DNA of 39,849 bases from a virus: IMG/VR virus record IMGVR_UViG_3300027852_000090, positions 1 to 39,849 of that record; one strand, written 5' to 3'. A program made the position numbers and the translations under genes. The notes below the pieces were generated by a model that saw only the letters and a list, made by a program, of their open reading frames with translations, ran no database searches and had not been told where the DNA came from. Shown here piece by piece: positions 1 to 8,173 of the stretch. Numbering within the stretch: position 1 is the first letter of the stretch; the number at the start of each line of letters is the position of its first letter.

Positions 1-127
1 CAAGTAACAGTAATTGCCGAAAATATGGTAACTGGAGAAACTGGGATTGGAATTAAATTTGAAACATACGAAAATATTGGGAGGAAAGGAAAATATCCAA
101 ACACTTTTGTTGTCGAGAAAGCATTAA
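1..127. repeat. Terminal direct repeat, copy 1 (identical to 39723..39849)
   Basis: Read directly: caagtaacagtaattgccgaaaatatgg...gttgtcgagaaagcattaa occurs at both window ends, 127/127 identical. Confidence 0.95.
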
Positions 128-504
128 GTAAGGCAGAACGAAACGCCAAAAGAAAATTAATTCCTGAGAAAGCAGCAGTTGAAATGATTAAAATGTTTGT
201 TAAGCAAGGGAATATTCAAACAATTAAACAACCAACTTATAATAATTATAAAAAACCAATACTATCTACACCTACGACTGAAGTCAATCATTTAAGTTCG
301 CTTATTAAATATCTTGCCACTGCGACAGAGATAATTATTAAAGACGGAACACCAACCAAAATGCAAATTGAAAAAATGATAGATCTTTATAATAACTACA
401 CAGGCGAACAAATCAAATCGCTTAGAGTAGGACAACCAAGAGCAAAAGTAATGCTCCATAATTTATTAAGTAGTCCAATGATGACTAAAACTAACACAAA
501 ATAA
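1..504 (+). CDS. C-terminal part of junction-spanning ORF (N-terminal part at 39342..39849); putative single-strand annealing recombinase (RecT-like motif)
   Basis: Position 1 is in frame with ATG 39342 through the 127-nt overlap (QVTVIAENMVTGE read at both ends). The motif KALSKAERNAKRKLIP resembles the RecT segment AKKTAIRRLFKYLP. It sits directly upstream of a PD-(D/E)XK nuclease, the usual SSAP/exonuclease pairing. Confidence 0.45.
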   Translation, partial: QVTVIAENMVTGETGIGIKFETYENIGRKGKYPNTFVVEKALSKAERNAKRKLIPEKAAVEMIKMFVKQGNIQTIKQPTYNNYKKPILSTPTTEVNHLSSLIKYLATATEIIIKDGTPTKMQIEKMIDLYNNYTGEQIKSLRVGQPRAKVMLHNLLSSPMMTKTNTK

Positions 505-505
505 T

Positions 506-1300
506 ATGACAAAAACAATAACAGAAGAATTAAAATTATATAACGGAAAAATATCATTGATATTTTATCCTAATAGCCATATATTTAAAGTAGGAGATCA
601 AAAAATAATATCAGTAACACAAGCAACAAAACATTTAGATAAAAGCCAAATTTTAATGAATTGGGCAACAAAACTTGCTAAAGAACATTTAATAGAAATA
701 ATTGAGAAAGGACAATCAATAATAACTCCTGACATAATACAAGCTTGTGGATTACATAGAGCGCGAAAACAGGATGCAGCAGATAAAGGAAACTTGGTAC
801 ACAATTATTGTGAGCAACATATTAAGTTTATTTTAAAACAAGTTAATGAAAAACCAAAAATGCCTGAAGATGATCAAGTCGCAAATGGAGTGATTGCATT
901 TCTTAAATGGGAGAAAGAAAATGAAGTAGAATGGATTTCAAGTGAAAAAAAGATTTATAGTTTAAAACATGAATATTGCGGAATTGTAGATGCTAAAGCA
1001 AAAGTGAGAGGAAATAAAAAACTATATACAACAATAGATTTTAAAACTGGAAATGGAGTTTATAACGACCAAAGATATCAAGTCTCAGCATATGAGAAAG
1101 CTGATCAAGAAGAAACAGGAGATAAATATACAGATTACAGATTATTATTAAGATTTGATAAAAATACTGCTGAATTTGAGGAGCATGAACTTGATAATTG
1201 CGATAAAGATTTTGAAGCATTCCTTGGTGGCCTGGCCATAGAAAAGAGAGAGAGAGAATTAAAAAATCAACTTAAGAAAAAAATTGAATTAAAGTATTAA
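506..1300 (+). CDS. PD-(D/E)XK (RecB/Cas4-like) nuclease, probable recombination exonuclease
   Basis: 264-aa ORF with nuclease-like motifs GIVDAKAKV, TIDFKTG (D-x-K) and QRYQVSAY (QxxxY). It starts 1 nt after the upstream stop. Confidence 0.6.
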   Translation: MTKTITEELKLYNGKISLIFYPNSHIFKVGDQKIISVTQATKHLDKSQILMNWATKLAKEHLIEIIEKGQSIITPDIIQACGLHRARKQDAADKGNLVHNYCEQHIKFILKQVNEKPKMPEDDQVANGVIAFLKWEKENEVEWISSEKKIYSLKHEYCGIVDAKAKVRGNKKLYTTIDFKTGNGVYNDQRYQVSAYEKADQEETGDKYTDYRLLLRFDKNTAEFEEHELDNCDKDFEAFLGGLAIEKRERELKNQLKKKIELKY

Positions 1301-1301
1301 A

Positions 1302-1457
1302 ATGATTTATTATTGCCAGCATTATAAAGATAAAATAACAACAGGAAAAGCAATGCATTATTGTTTAAAACAAAATTGTTGGGCATTAAAAATTTTTAAA
1401 AATCATAAAATGTTTAAAACATATCACAATAAATTGAAAGGGGGTGAAAAAAAGTGA
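1302..1457 (+). CDS. Small Cys/His-rich hypothetical protein (51 aa)
   Basis: ATG 1302; translation MIYYCQHYKDKITTGKAMHYCLKQNCWALKIF.... Its TGA overlaps the GTG start of the next ORF (GTGA at 1454..1457), suggesting coupling. It is below the ORF-track size cutoff. Confidence 0.35.
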   Translation: MIYYCQHYKDKITTGKAMHYCLKQNCWALKIFKNHKMFKTYHNKLKGGEKK

Positions 1458-1696
1458 CAGAATCAATAAAAAATAAAATGGATGAAATAAAAATATTAAT
1501 TAATGACTTACCTGCCGATGTTAAAACATACATTTTATTAAAAACTTTAAAAGAAGAATTAAATCCAATTCACGATGAATTACTTATGAATGATGATACT
1601 CAATCAATTATGGTAAGAAAACAAATTAAATTAATAACTAATATTTGTTCTGCGGTCATTGAATTATTAGATGTCCGTAAAGCAAACATAAAATAA
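1454..1696 (+). CDS. Hypothetical protein (80 aa)
   Basis: GTG start preceded by GGGGGTGA, one of only two clear SD-like sequences in the genome. Packed tightly in the operon. Confidence 0.55.
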   Translation: MTESIKNKMDEIKILINDLPADVKTYILLKTLKEELNPIHDELLMNDDTQSIMVRKQIKLITNICSAVIELLDVRKANIK

Positions 1697-1698
1697 TT

Positions 1699-2442
1699 AT
1701 GAAAACTGCGGAAAGAAGCACAAAATTAACAGAGATCAATAACGATGTTGTTAAATTTGTTCAAAAAAGAAATGATATTATTATTAAAAATAATAATGAT
1801 ATGCAAAGTGCGACTGAATATTTAGCAAATATAGTCGCGCGTAAAAAGAGAATTGAAGAAATAAGATTAAGTTATACAAGACCGATAAATGAAACTCTTA
1901 AAAACATAAATGCTGATTTTAAAAAAGCACTATTGCCATTATTTGAAACCGAAAAACTTGTTAAATCCAAAATGATAGATTATAGAAATAAGGAAGCAAT
2001 CAGAATAGACAAAGAAAGAATTAAAGAAGAGGAAAGACTTCAAAAAATCCACGATAGAGAAATGGAAAGACAAAGAAAAAAAGCTGAAAAAGAGGCTGAA
2101 AAAGAAAGAAAAAGACTAGAAAAGGAGAATTTAAGCAATAAAGCTAAACAGGATAAGTTAGATCAAATAGAAGACGAGAAAAAAGCCAAAGAAGAAGAGA
2201 TAGATCAAGCCAAAGAAGAATATCAACCTGAAACCAATATCCAGCAGGAAAAGACAGTACACAGCGAAAGTGGAGCAATTAGAGCGCGGAAAGTATGGAA
2301 ATTTAAGATTATAGAAGAAACTAAAGTGCCAAAAAAATATTTAAAGGTGGATGAAGTAAAAATTAGACAAGCATTGCGAAACGGAGAAAGAGATATTGCT
2401 GGAATAGAAATATATGAAGAAGAACAAATAGGAGTTTACTAA
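1699..2442 (+). CDS. Coiled-coil K/E-rich hypothetical protein of the recombination module
   Basis: 247-aa ORF with a charged central coiled coil (ERQRKKAEKEAEKERKRLEKE) and a C-terminal segment VWKFKIIEETKVPKKYLKVDEVKIRQAL..IAGIEIYEE. Function not identifiable by eye. Confidence 0.6.
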   Translation: MKTAERSTKLTEINNDVVKFVQKRNDIIIKNNNDMQSATEYLANIVARKKRIEEIRLSYTRPINETLKNINADFKKALLPLFETEKLVKSKMIDYRNKEAIRIDKERIKEEERLQKIHDREMERQRKKAEKEAEKERKRLEKENLSNKAKQDKLDQIEDEKKAKEEEIDQAKEEYQPETNIQQEKTVHSESGAIRARKVWKFKIIEETKVPKKYLKVDEVKIRQALRNGERDIAGIEIYEEEQIGVY

Positions 2443-2487
2443 TTTATATAATTATTAATTAACTGCGAGTGCAACGCAAATAAAAAA

Positions 2488-2820
2488 ATGGATAAAGAAA
2501 TAAACAAATTTGGTAATATTGGAATATTGCCAAAAAATACTAGTCAACTTGCTGACTGGCAATTTAAAGAAATTATTGTCGAAAAAATGAATGAACTAAT
2601 TTTAAAGATGAATGAAGTCGGAATATCATTGTCATCTGAAGAAGAAAATGATCAAAAAGAAAACGATCAAAAAGAAACTAAAAAAGAAAAATCAAAATAT
2701 AAAGTTCTTTATGGATTAGAACATCCAAAAGGAATTATTCGTGAGATTGACGAAATTATTGAATTAACAAAAGAAGAAGCTGATGGTTTTACTGATGAAG
2801 TAATTGAAAAAATCCAATAA
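2488..2820 (+). CDS. Acidic hypothetical protein (110 aa)
   Basis: ORF with a tandem ENDQK-ENDQK (15-bp duplication near 2641..2670) and an acidic C-terminus. Confidence 0.55.
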   Translation: MDKEINKFGNIGILPKNTSQLADWQFKEIIVEKMNELILKMNEVGISLSSEEENDQKENDQKETKKEKSKYKVLYGLEHPKGIIREIDEIIELTKEEADGFTDEVIEKIQ

Positions 2821-2821
2821 T

Positions 2822-3088
2822 ATGGTAACTGATTGCACTCAATGTTTTTGGTGTGGAATTACAGGCTGGGCGAGAGGGCTGGAAGAACATCATCTATGGC
2901 GTGGAAGTCAAAGACAATTCAGTCCCTCCGTCTACCTCTGTCATGAGTGCCATTACAAAGCAACTTTTAATAAAGAATTTGAAATAAAATTACAAAATAT
3001 TTATTTATATCAATATGACAAACATACCTTTGAATCAAACACAATCGCAGGCTATGGAGTTGATAAATACAATCCTAAAAACTACTAA
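2822..3088 (+). CDS. Small HNH/zinc-finger-like protein
   Basis: CTQCFWCG...EEHHLWRG...LCHECHYK gives CxxC...HH...CxxCH spacing typical of HNH nucleases. I prefer ATG 2822 (context caataatATG, 1 nt after the upstream stop) over the track start 2804. Confidence 0.5.
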   Translation: MVTDCTQCFWCGITGWARGLEEHHLWRGSQRQFSPSVYLCHECHYKATFNKEFEIKLQNIYLYQYDKHTFESNTIAGYGVDKYNPKNY

Positions 3089-3416
3089 TGAGATTGTAGA
3101 AACTCCTGCCGATATGGTAACTCCAATGCAAGCTAAAAATTGGCTTAATTTGTTAAGTAGTAATTTATGTAGATTAGGAGTTTTAGAAGCAGAATTTGAA
3201 AGTTATTATTTTAGAGTAATGTCAAAATTAAGAGAAAACTCTAAAAGCAATGTTGATGCAGAAACGAACGCTAAAGCGACATCTGAATATTTAGTTTATA
3301 GAAAAGTAAAGAATTTTAGAGTTGACTTGTATGAAAAAATACAATCAATAAAAAGACTAATAATGGAAGCACCTGATAAGCCAAAAATAGAACGAAACAA
3401 TCAATACGGAAAGTAA
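3015..3416 (+). CDS. Hypothetical protein; start uncertain (3015, 3054 or 3114)
   Basis: 133-aa ORF that overlaps the previous ORF by 74 nt if 3015 is used. In-frame ATG 3114 would remove the overlap. Confidence 0.5.
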   Translation: MTNIPLNQTQSQAMELINTILKTTNEIVETPADMVTPMQAKNWLNLLSSNLCRLGVLEAEFESYYFRVMSKLRENSKSNVDAETNAKATSEYLVYRKVKNFRVDLYEKIQSIKRLIMEAPDKPKIERNNQYGK

Positions 3417-3437
3417 TTTGACAAGTTTCAAAAAAAC

Positions 3438-3465
3438 TTGACAAATAATTAATTTATGGTATTAT
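3438..3465 (+). promoter_or_regulatory. Sigma70-type promoter: TTGACA, 16-nt spacer, extended -10 TGgTATTAT
   Basis: TTGACA at 3438..3443, TG at 3457..3458, TATTAT at 3460..3465 (TATAAT also at 3463..3468). A second TTGACA lies at 3418..3423. It sits in the 211-nt gap before the replication gene. Confidence 0.6.
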
Positions 3466-3494
3466 AATAATAGTTATTAACAAACTTAAATTTT

Positions 3495-3587
3495 ATGCAA
3501 CAAAAAACTACGACCAAACTTAAAAATAAAAAAGCCTCAACTATTAAAAAAGGCGTTGCATTTGGTCGTGTTGCCTTTGTAAGATAG
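3495..3587 (+). CDS. 30-codon basic leader-like ORF (MQQKTTTKLKNKKASTIKKGVAFGRVAFVR), or part of a small RNA
   Basis: ATG 3495; the TAG at 3585..3587 lies inside the 3' arm of the terminator hairpin. No SD. Coding status is uncertain. Confidence 0.3.
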   Translation: MQQKTTTKLKNKKASTIKKGVAFGRVAFVR

Positions 3588-3600
3588 TTGAGGATTTTTT
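3535..3600 (+). terminator. Intrinsic terminator-like hairpin with U-tract
   Basis: CCTCAACTAT (3535..3544) pairs perfectly with ATAGTTGAGG (3584..3593). The T-tract TTTTTT (3595..3600) follows after one unpaired A (3594). An inner stem is AAAGGC (3549..3554) with GCCTTT (3573..3578). Confidence 0.6.
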
Positions 3601-3627
3601 GTGTTTAATTAAAATTAATAAAAAAAT

Positions 3628-4665
3628 ATGCCAAATCATAGAATGTTTAGCTATCGCATAGCTAATTCCGCTAAATTTTTACAGATGCCAGTAGAGGCTC
3701 AATTGTTATATTTTCACATGATATTAAGAGCTGATGACGATGGAGTAGTTGAAACATATCCTTTAATAAAATTATTAGGAACACCGAATGATAATGTTAA
3801 AATTTTAATTGTAAAAAAATTTATTAAACTATTAAATGAAGATCAAGTGATGGTTATTATGGACTGGACAGAACATAATAAAATTAGAGCAGATAGAAAA
3901 GTGAATAGCATTTATAAAAACCTTTTAGACAAAAAAAACATAAAAACATTAACACCAAAACCTCGTTCTGATGTAGTTGGTGGAGCAAGACACACTGCAA
4001 TTAAAAAAGAAACGAGTGGTTTGCCATATAGTTTTTCTTATAAAATAAGAAAAATATTTATTGGAAAAAAATGTCCTTTATGCGGAAAAATTATGGGAGA
4101 TACGAATAAAAATGATACTCCATCTATTCAACATAATATTCCATTATCAAAAGGAGGAAAACACGAATTAGGAAATATATCAATAATTTGCACTTATTGT
4201 AATATAACAAAAAAAGATATCGAAACAGATAAATTAAACGCAAAAGAAGTAGCAAATATATGGAAAAAAATGAATATGGACGGACAATGGACGGACAATG
4301 GACGGCATAAGTTAAGTAAAGATAAGTTAAGTAAAGATAAGTTAAGTAAAGATAAGTTAAGTAAAGATGAAAAAATAAATATTCTTTCTAAAGAATATTT
4401 ATTGTCAAAATTATTATTAACTCTTATTTTACAAAACACTCCAACCTTTAAAAAACCTAATTTAGAAAAATGGGCAAAAGAAATAGATTTAATGGTTCGC
4501 ATAGATAAACGAACGCACGAACAAATAGAATTTACAATTAAATGGTGTCAACAAAATGATTTTTGGAAAGCGAACATTTTATCTACTAAAAAATTAAGAA
4601 AACAATTTGACACATTGGTATCACAAATTAAACGAGATAATAAAAATAAAACAATTATATGTTAG
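3628..4665 (+). CDS. Replisome organizer / replication initiator with an embedded HNH nuclease domain
   Basis: The N-terminus MFSYRIANSAKFLQMPVEAQLLYFHMILRADDDGVVE matches the phage replisome-organizer N-domain pattern. The middle CPLCGK...IQHNIPLSKGGKHELGNISIICTYCNITK is a canonical HNH motif. The C-terminus reads WCQQNDFWKANILSTKKLRKQFDTLVSQI. Confidence 0.65.
   Translation: MPNHRMFSYRIANSAKFLQMPVEAQLLYFHMILRADDDGVVETYPLIKLLGTPNDNVKILIVKKFIKLLNEDQVMVIMDWTEHNKIRADRKVNSIYKNLLDKKNIKTLTPKPRSDVVGGARHTAIKKETSGLPYSFSYKIRKIFIGKKCPLCGKIMGDTNKNDTPSIQHNIPLSKGGKHELGNISIICTYCNITKKDIETDKLNAKEVANIWKKMNMDGQWTDNGRHKLSKDKLSKDKLSKDKLSKDEKINILSKEYLLSKLLLTLILQNTPTFKKPNLEKWAKEIDLMVRIDKRTHEQIEFTIKWCQQNDFWKANILSTKKLRKQFDTLVSQIKRDNKNKTIIC
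4276..4403 (+). repeat. Iteron-like repeat cluster plus AT-rich palindrome (candidate replication origin) inside the initiator gene
   Basis: Three elements: ATGGACGGACA x2.9 (11-bp period, 4276..4307); ATAAGTTAAGTAAAG x4 (15-bp period, 4307..4366); and a perfect 14-bp inverted repeat AATAAATATTCTTT-ct-AAAGAATATTTATT (4374..4403). Confidence 0.5.
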
Positions 4666-5138
4666 AAACAAATTATATTCTAAAATTTACAACAGGAGGA
4701 CAAATAGAAATAACAGAAAAAGAATATCAAACAATTTTTAATGCTGATGACAATGCGACTATTGGTATTAAACGAATTGGAATTATGATACAAAAAAGAA
4801 TGGTGCAAATATTCCCTAAAAAACTTCTCAATGAAATTGAAAATAGAAAAAATCAGCAAATAGGAATATTACACGATGGAACAAATGTTAAAAAACATTT
4901 TGGAGTTTGGGTTGTTAATGGAAACGAAATGCCAGATGACAAAGGTAATTGCTCTCCTGTTAAATTAGATTTAGATTATTATCCTGAAATTAAACTAGAT
5001 AGAGTCGCAACACCAAAGGAATATTTAAAAATTAAAAAGGAGAACTTAAATTATTATGAAACATTGGAAATTACAAGTGATATAATTAAAAGACTTAATA
5101 ATAAAAAATTTACTGGAATAAAAGATTTATTAAAATAA
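4659..5138 (+). CDS. Hypothetical protein (159 aa)
   Basis: ORF overlapping the upstream stop (ATGTTAG); no recognisable motif. Confidence 0.55.
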   Translation: MLETNYILKFTTGGQIEITEKEYQTIFNADDNATIGIKRIGIMIQKRMVQIFPKKLLNEIENRKNQQIGILHDGTNVKKHFGVWVVNGNEMPDDKGNCSPVKLDLDYYPEIKLDRVATPKEYLKIKKENLNYYETLEITSDIIKRLNNKKFTGIKDLLK

Positions 5139-5149
5139 ATAAAAAAATT

Positions 5150-5326
5150 ATGAAAAATAGATTAAATTTCTTATTAATATTATTAAGTTTTATAATATAT
5201 TTTGTAGTAATTAAAAATTATATTGATTCCATAGAATATAAAATAGAAACTCAAATAGCATTGAAAGAGATAGAAATATATCAATCAATATCAAATAATG
5301 CTAATTTAATAAAAAATAATAAATAA
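5150..5326 (+). CDS. Small membrane protein (58 aa)
   Basis: ATG 5150 in aaattATG context. N-terminal hydrophobic helix FLLILLSFIIYFVVI. It fills an otherwise empty 195-nt gap. Confidence 0.35.
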   Translation: MKNRLNFLLILLSFIIYFVVIKNYIDSIEYKIETQIALKEIEIYQSISNNANLIKNNK

Positions 5327-5333
5327 AAACAAT

Positions 5334-5639
5334 ATGAATAAAGAAAAATTAAAAAATTTAAAAAATACAGCAAGGTTAGTTTATACAACTGATTGTAATC
5401 AAGTTAAAATTGAATTAGGAGAAGATAAAAATTATACAATAAAATATAAAAATAAAGAAATTTTTAAATGTGTAACAAATAAAATAAGTGCTATTTATTT
5501 TGCTGAAGGATTTTCTTTATGTCTAGAAATGGAAGATGAAATGCAACAAGATATTAATTCAATTTTATCAATGCTTGAAGGAACTGTTGAAAGAATTAGA
5601 ATAATTAATTTTATAAAAAAATATTTAGTAAAAAAATAA
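5334..5639 (+). CDS. Hypothetical protein (101 aa)
   Basis: ORF with aacaatATG context; no motif recognised. Confidence 0.5.
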   Translation: MNKEKLKNLKNTARLVYTTDCNQVKIELGEDKNYTIKYKNKEIFKCVTNKISAIYFAEGFSLCLEMEDEMQQDINSILSMLEGTVERIRIINFIKKYLVKK

Positions 5640-5649
5640 ATAAAAAAAT

Positions 5650-5913
5650 ATGAAAATTACAAACAATGAAAAAATTAAAATGTTAGGTGAAATGTTATAT
5701 GATTTTAAAAAGAAAATTGTAGATATTAATTTTACAATTCGCTTTAATGAGGGAAAAAAAATTAAAAATCCTAATTTAGCACTACAAATAGATAAAATCA
5801 GAATTAAACTTGATGCAGATAAAAGACATGCAATAAGATTAGCAGAAAAATTACAAAAAGATTTAAATGAATTAAAATTAAAACCTCTTGAAGAGGATTT
5901 AAAACAAAAATAA
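5650..5913 (+). CDS. Hypothetical coiled-coil protein (87 aa)
   Basis: ORF abutting the next gene (TAAATG). Confidence 0.5.
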   Translation: MKITNNEKIKMLGEMLYDFKKKIVDINFTIRFNEGKKIKNPNLALQIDKIRIKLDADKRHAIRLAEKLQKDLNELKLKPLEEDLKQK

Positions 5914-7014
5914 ATGAAAAAATTAAAAATATTCGGTTATGCTTGGCATACTGCACATCAATATAGTTTAATGAAAGCACTCCCTGATTGTAATTTTTAT
6001 TATATCAGGAATAGATTGAGAATTTGGGCAAAAGAATCAAGACCAGAGCCTAAAAATTTATATTATGTTGATCATTACGAAGCAGGAAAATACGACTTGG
6101 CTATTTTACATTTAGATCAGCAGTGCTTATTTGACGAAAAAAAGGGAATACCATATAACATAACAAATAAACAAATAAAAGATATTCCTAAAATAGTAAT
6201 AAATCACGGAACTCCTCATTATGCGGATAAAATATCATCTGATATGGTAGATGCAATGAGAGAAAAGATAGGGGATAATTTTATGATTGTTAATAGTAAA
6301 CAAGCATGGAAAGAATGGAAAGCTGATAAATATATAATTCACGGAATAAGTGGATCAGAATTTAAGTCGTCAAAAGATAAAAAAAATAGAATAATAACAA
6401 CATTAAATCCTTCATATTATGCAAAACCAATGGATGGATGGTTTGATTATTATAATAGACAATTTTTAGCAGATGTAAAAAAGAAAATTAAAATAATTCA
6501 TATAGGTCATGATATTAAATTTAATAGTTTTGAAAAATATAGAAAATATATATCTGAAAGTTTAATTTATTTTAATTCAACAGTGCATAGTCCAATGCCT
6601 AGATCAAGAACTGAAGCAATGCTATCCGGATGTTGTGTTGTAAGCACAGGCAATCACGACTGGGATAAATATATTCAGAATGGAGTTAATGGATTTATAA
6701 TTAATGATCAAGATATTAATGCTTCTGTTAAATTATTAAAATATCTTAAAAAAAATCCTGCAAAAGCAAAAAAAATAGGAATAGCTGGAAGAAAAACAGC
6801 ATTGGAATTTTTTAAAACAGAAAAATATAGTAAAGATTGGAAAATGACAATCAACGAAGTATTAAATAATTTTATAATTGGGGAGGAAGTAAGAAAATTG
6901 AAAAAAGATTTAGAGGATTTATTATTTGTTTGCACAGGGAAAAGAGATCAACATCAATTTAATTTATTAAAAAATCTTTTACAAAATTATAGTAAAAAAA
7001 TAATAAAAGTATGA
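5914..7014 (+). CDS. Glycosyltransferase, GT-B fold (group 1/GT4-like)
   Basis: The C-terminal segment PMPRSRTEAMLSGCCVVSTGNHDWDKYIQNGVNGFII matches the GT1/GT4 pattern E-A-m-a-G-x-P-V-v...G-x-n-G-f-l. Confidence 0.65.
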   Translation: MKKLKIFGYAWHTAHQYSLMKALPDCNFYYIRNRLRIWAKESRPEPKNLYYVDHYEAGKYDLAILHLDQQCLFDEKKGIPYNITNKQIKDIPKIVINHGTPHYADKISSDMVDAMREKIGDNFMIVNSKQAWKEWKADKYIIHGISGSEFKSSKDKKNRIITTLNPSYYAKPMDGWFDYYNRQFLADVKKKIKIIHIGHDIKFNSFEKYRKYISESLIYFNSTVHSPMPRSRTEAMLSGCCVVSTGNHDWDKYIQNGVNGFIINDQDINASVKLLKYLKKNPAKAKKIGIAGRKTALEFFKTEKYSKDWKMTINEVLNNFIIGEEVRKLKKDLEDLLFVCTGKRDQHQFNLLKNLLQNYSKKIIKV

Positions 7015-8024
7015 AATATTTTTCAACATTTACTGGAGTTGGAGCATTTGAAGTCGCTGTAAAACAATTAAAATTAAATTGGAAGTCAGTTGGATATTCA
7101 GAAATAGATAAATTCGCATTGCAAGTATATCAAAAACATTTCCCAAATCATAAGAATTTTGGAGATATAACGAAAATAGATATTCCAAATTTGCCTGATT
7201 TTGATTTATTAGTTGGTGGAGCGCCTTGTCAAGATTTATCAATTGCTAAAAAAAATAGAAAAGGATTAGCTGGAAGTAGAAGTGGTTTATTTTTTAAATT
7301 TTTAGAAATATTAAAAGTAAAAAAACCTAAATATTTTTTATTAGAAAATGTCGCTTCAATGTCAAAGGAGAATAAAGATAAAATAAGTAAATTAGTTGGA
7401 GTAGAGCCTGTTATGATAAATGCCTCCCTTGTAAGTGCGCAACAAAGAAAACGATTATTTTGGTGCAATTGGAAAGTTGAACAGCCAAAAGATAAAAAAA
7501 TATATTTAAAAGATATAATAGAAAGCGGAGAAGCGGTAAAAGAAAAAGCATATTGTTTGACTACTAATCAAAAAGATTTCATTAATGATTTTATAAAAAG
7601 ACATCAAGGTAATTATGTATTTAAAAATAAGCCAATAAGAATAGCAAAAATAGGCAAAGGAGGGCAAGGAGATAGAATTTATAGTATTCACGGAAAAAGT
7701 GTTTGTCTATCAGCTAATGGTGGAGGACGAGGTGCTAAAACTGGATTATATTTAATAGTAGGAGGAGCAAAAAGAACTAGGCCTGGTAAAGGAAAACAAT
7801 TAGAAATAAGAAAAGACGGAAAATCTAATTGTTTAACAAGTGCGCAAACCGATAGCTTGGTGGTAATTAAGGATTATTTTAGAGCATTAACTCCTTTAGA
7901 ATGTGAAAGATTGCAATGCTTCCCTGATAATTGGACTGATATTTGTAGTAATACGCAAAGAAAAAAACAAATGGGAAATGCTTTTAATATAGAAGTAATA
8001 AAACATATAATTAAAAATTTATAA
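7011..8024 (+). CDS. DNA (cytosine-5)-methyltransferase
   Basis: Ordered C5-MTase motifs: FTGVGAFE (I), GGAPCQDLS (IV, PCQ), LLENV (VI), QQRKRLF (VIII), LTPLECERLQCFP (IX), GNAF (X). Its start overlaps the upstream stop (ATGA). Confidence 0.9.
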   Translation: MKYFSTFTGVGAFEVAVKQLKLNWKSVGYSEIDKFALQVYQKHFPNHKNFGDITKIDIPNLPDFDLLVGGAPCQDLSIAKKNRKGLAGSRSGLFFKFLEILKVKKPKYFLLENVASMSKENKDKISKLVGVEPVMINASLVSAQQRKRLFWCNWKVEQPKDKKIYLKDIIESGEAVKEKAYCLTTNQKDFINDFIKRHQGNYVFKNKPIRIAKIGKGGQGDRIYSIHGKSVCLSANGGGRGAKTGLYLIVGGAKRTRPGKGKQLEIRKDGKSNCLTSAQTDSLVVIKDYFRALTPLECERLQCFPDNWTDICSNTQRKKQMGNAFNIEVIKHIIKNL

Positions 8025-8173
8025 TTTAATAAATAAATATGAAAAGCAAAAATTTGTTTGATGTATATATAATAATATATATATTTATTACAAATATATC
8101 AATAATTATAATTGCATTTTTTAATATTTTAGAATTAAAATAATTAAAATAATAATTAATTAAAAATAACAAT

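Noticed and set aside
4307-4366. The 15-bp x4 tandem repeat considered as a CRISPR-like array
   Set aside because: The repeats are contiguous with no spacers, are only 15 bp long, and sit in frame inside a gene. They are better explained as iterons or a peptide linker.
8039-8143. 34-codon hydrophobic ORF (MKSKNLFDVYIIIYIFITNISIIIIAFFNILELK) in the very AT-rich gap 8025..8173, and the 34-codon ORF at 11655..11759
   Set aside because: Ile/Phe/Tyr-rich ORFs of this length arise easily by chance in AT-rich DNA. Neither has a paralog or a motif, so they are left uncalled.
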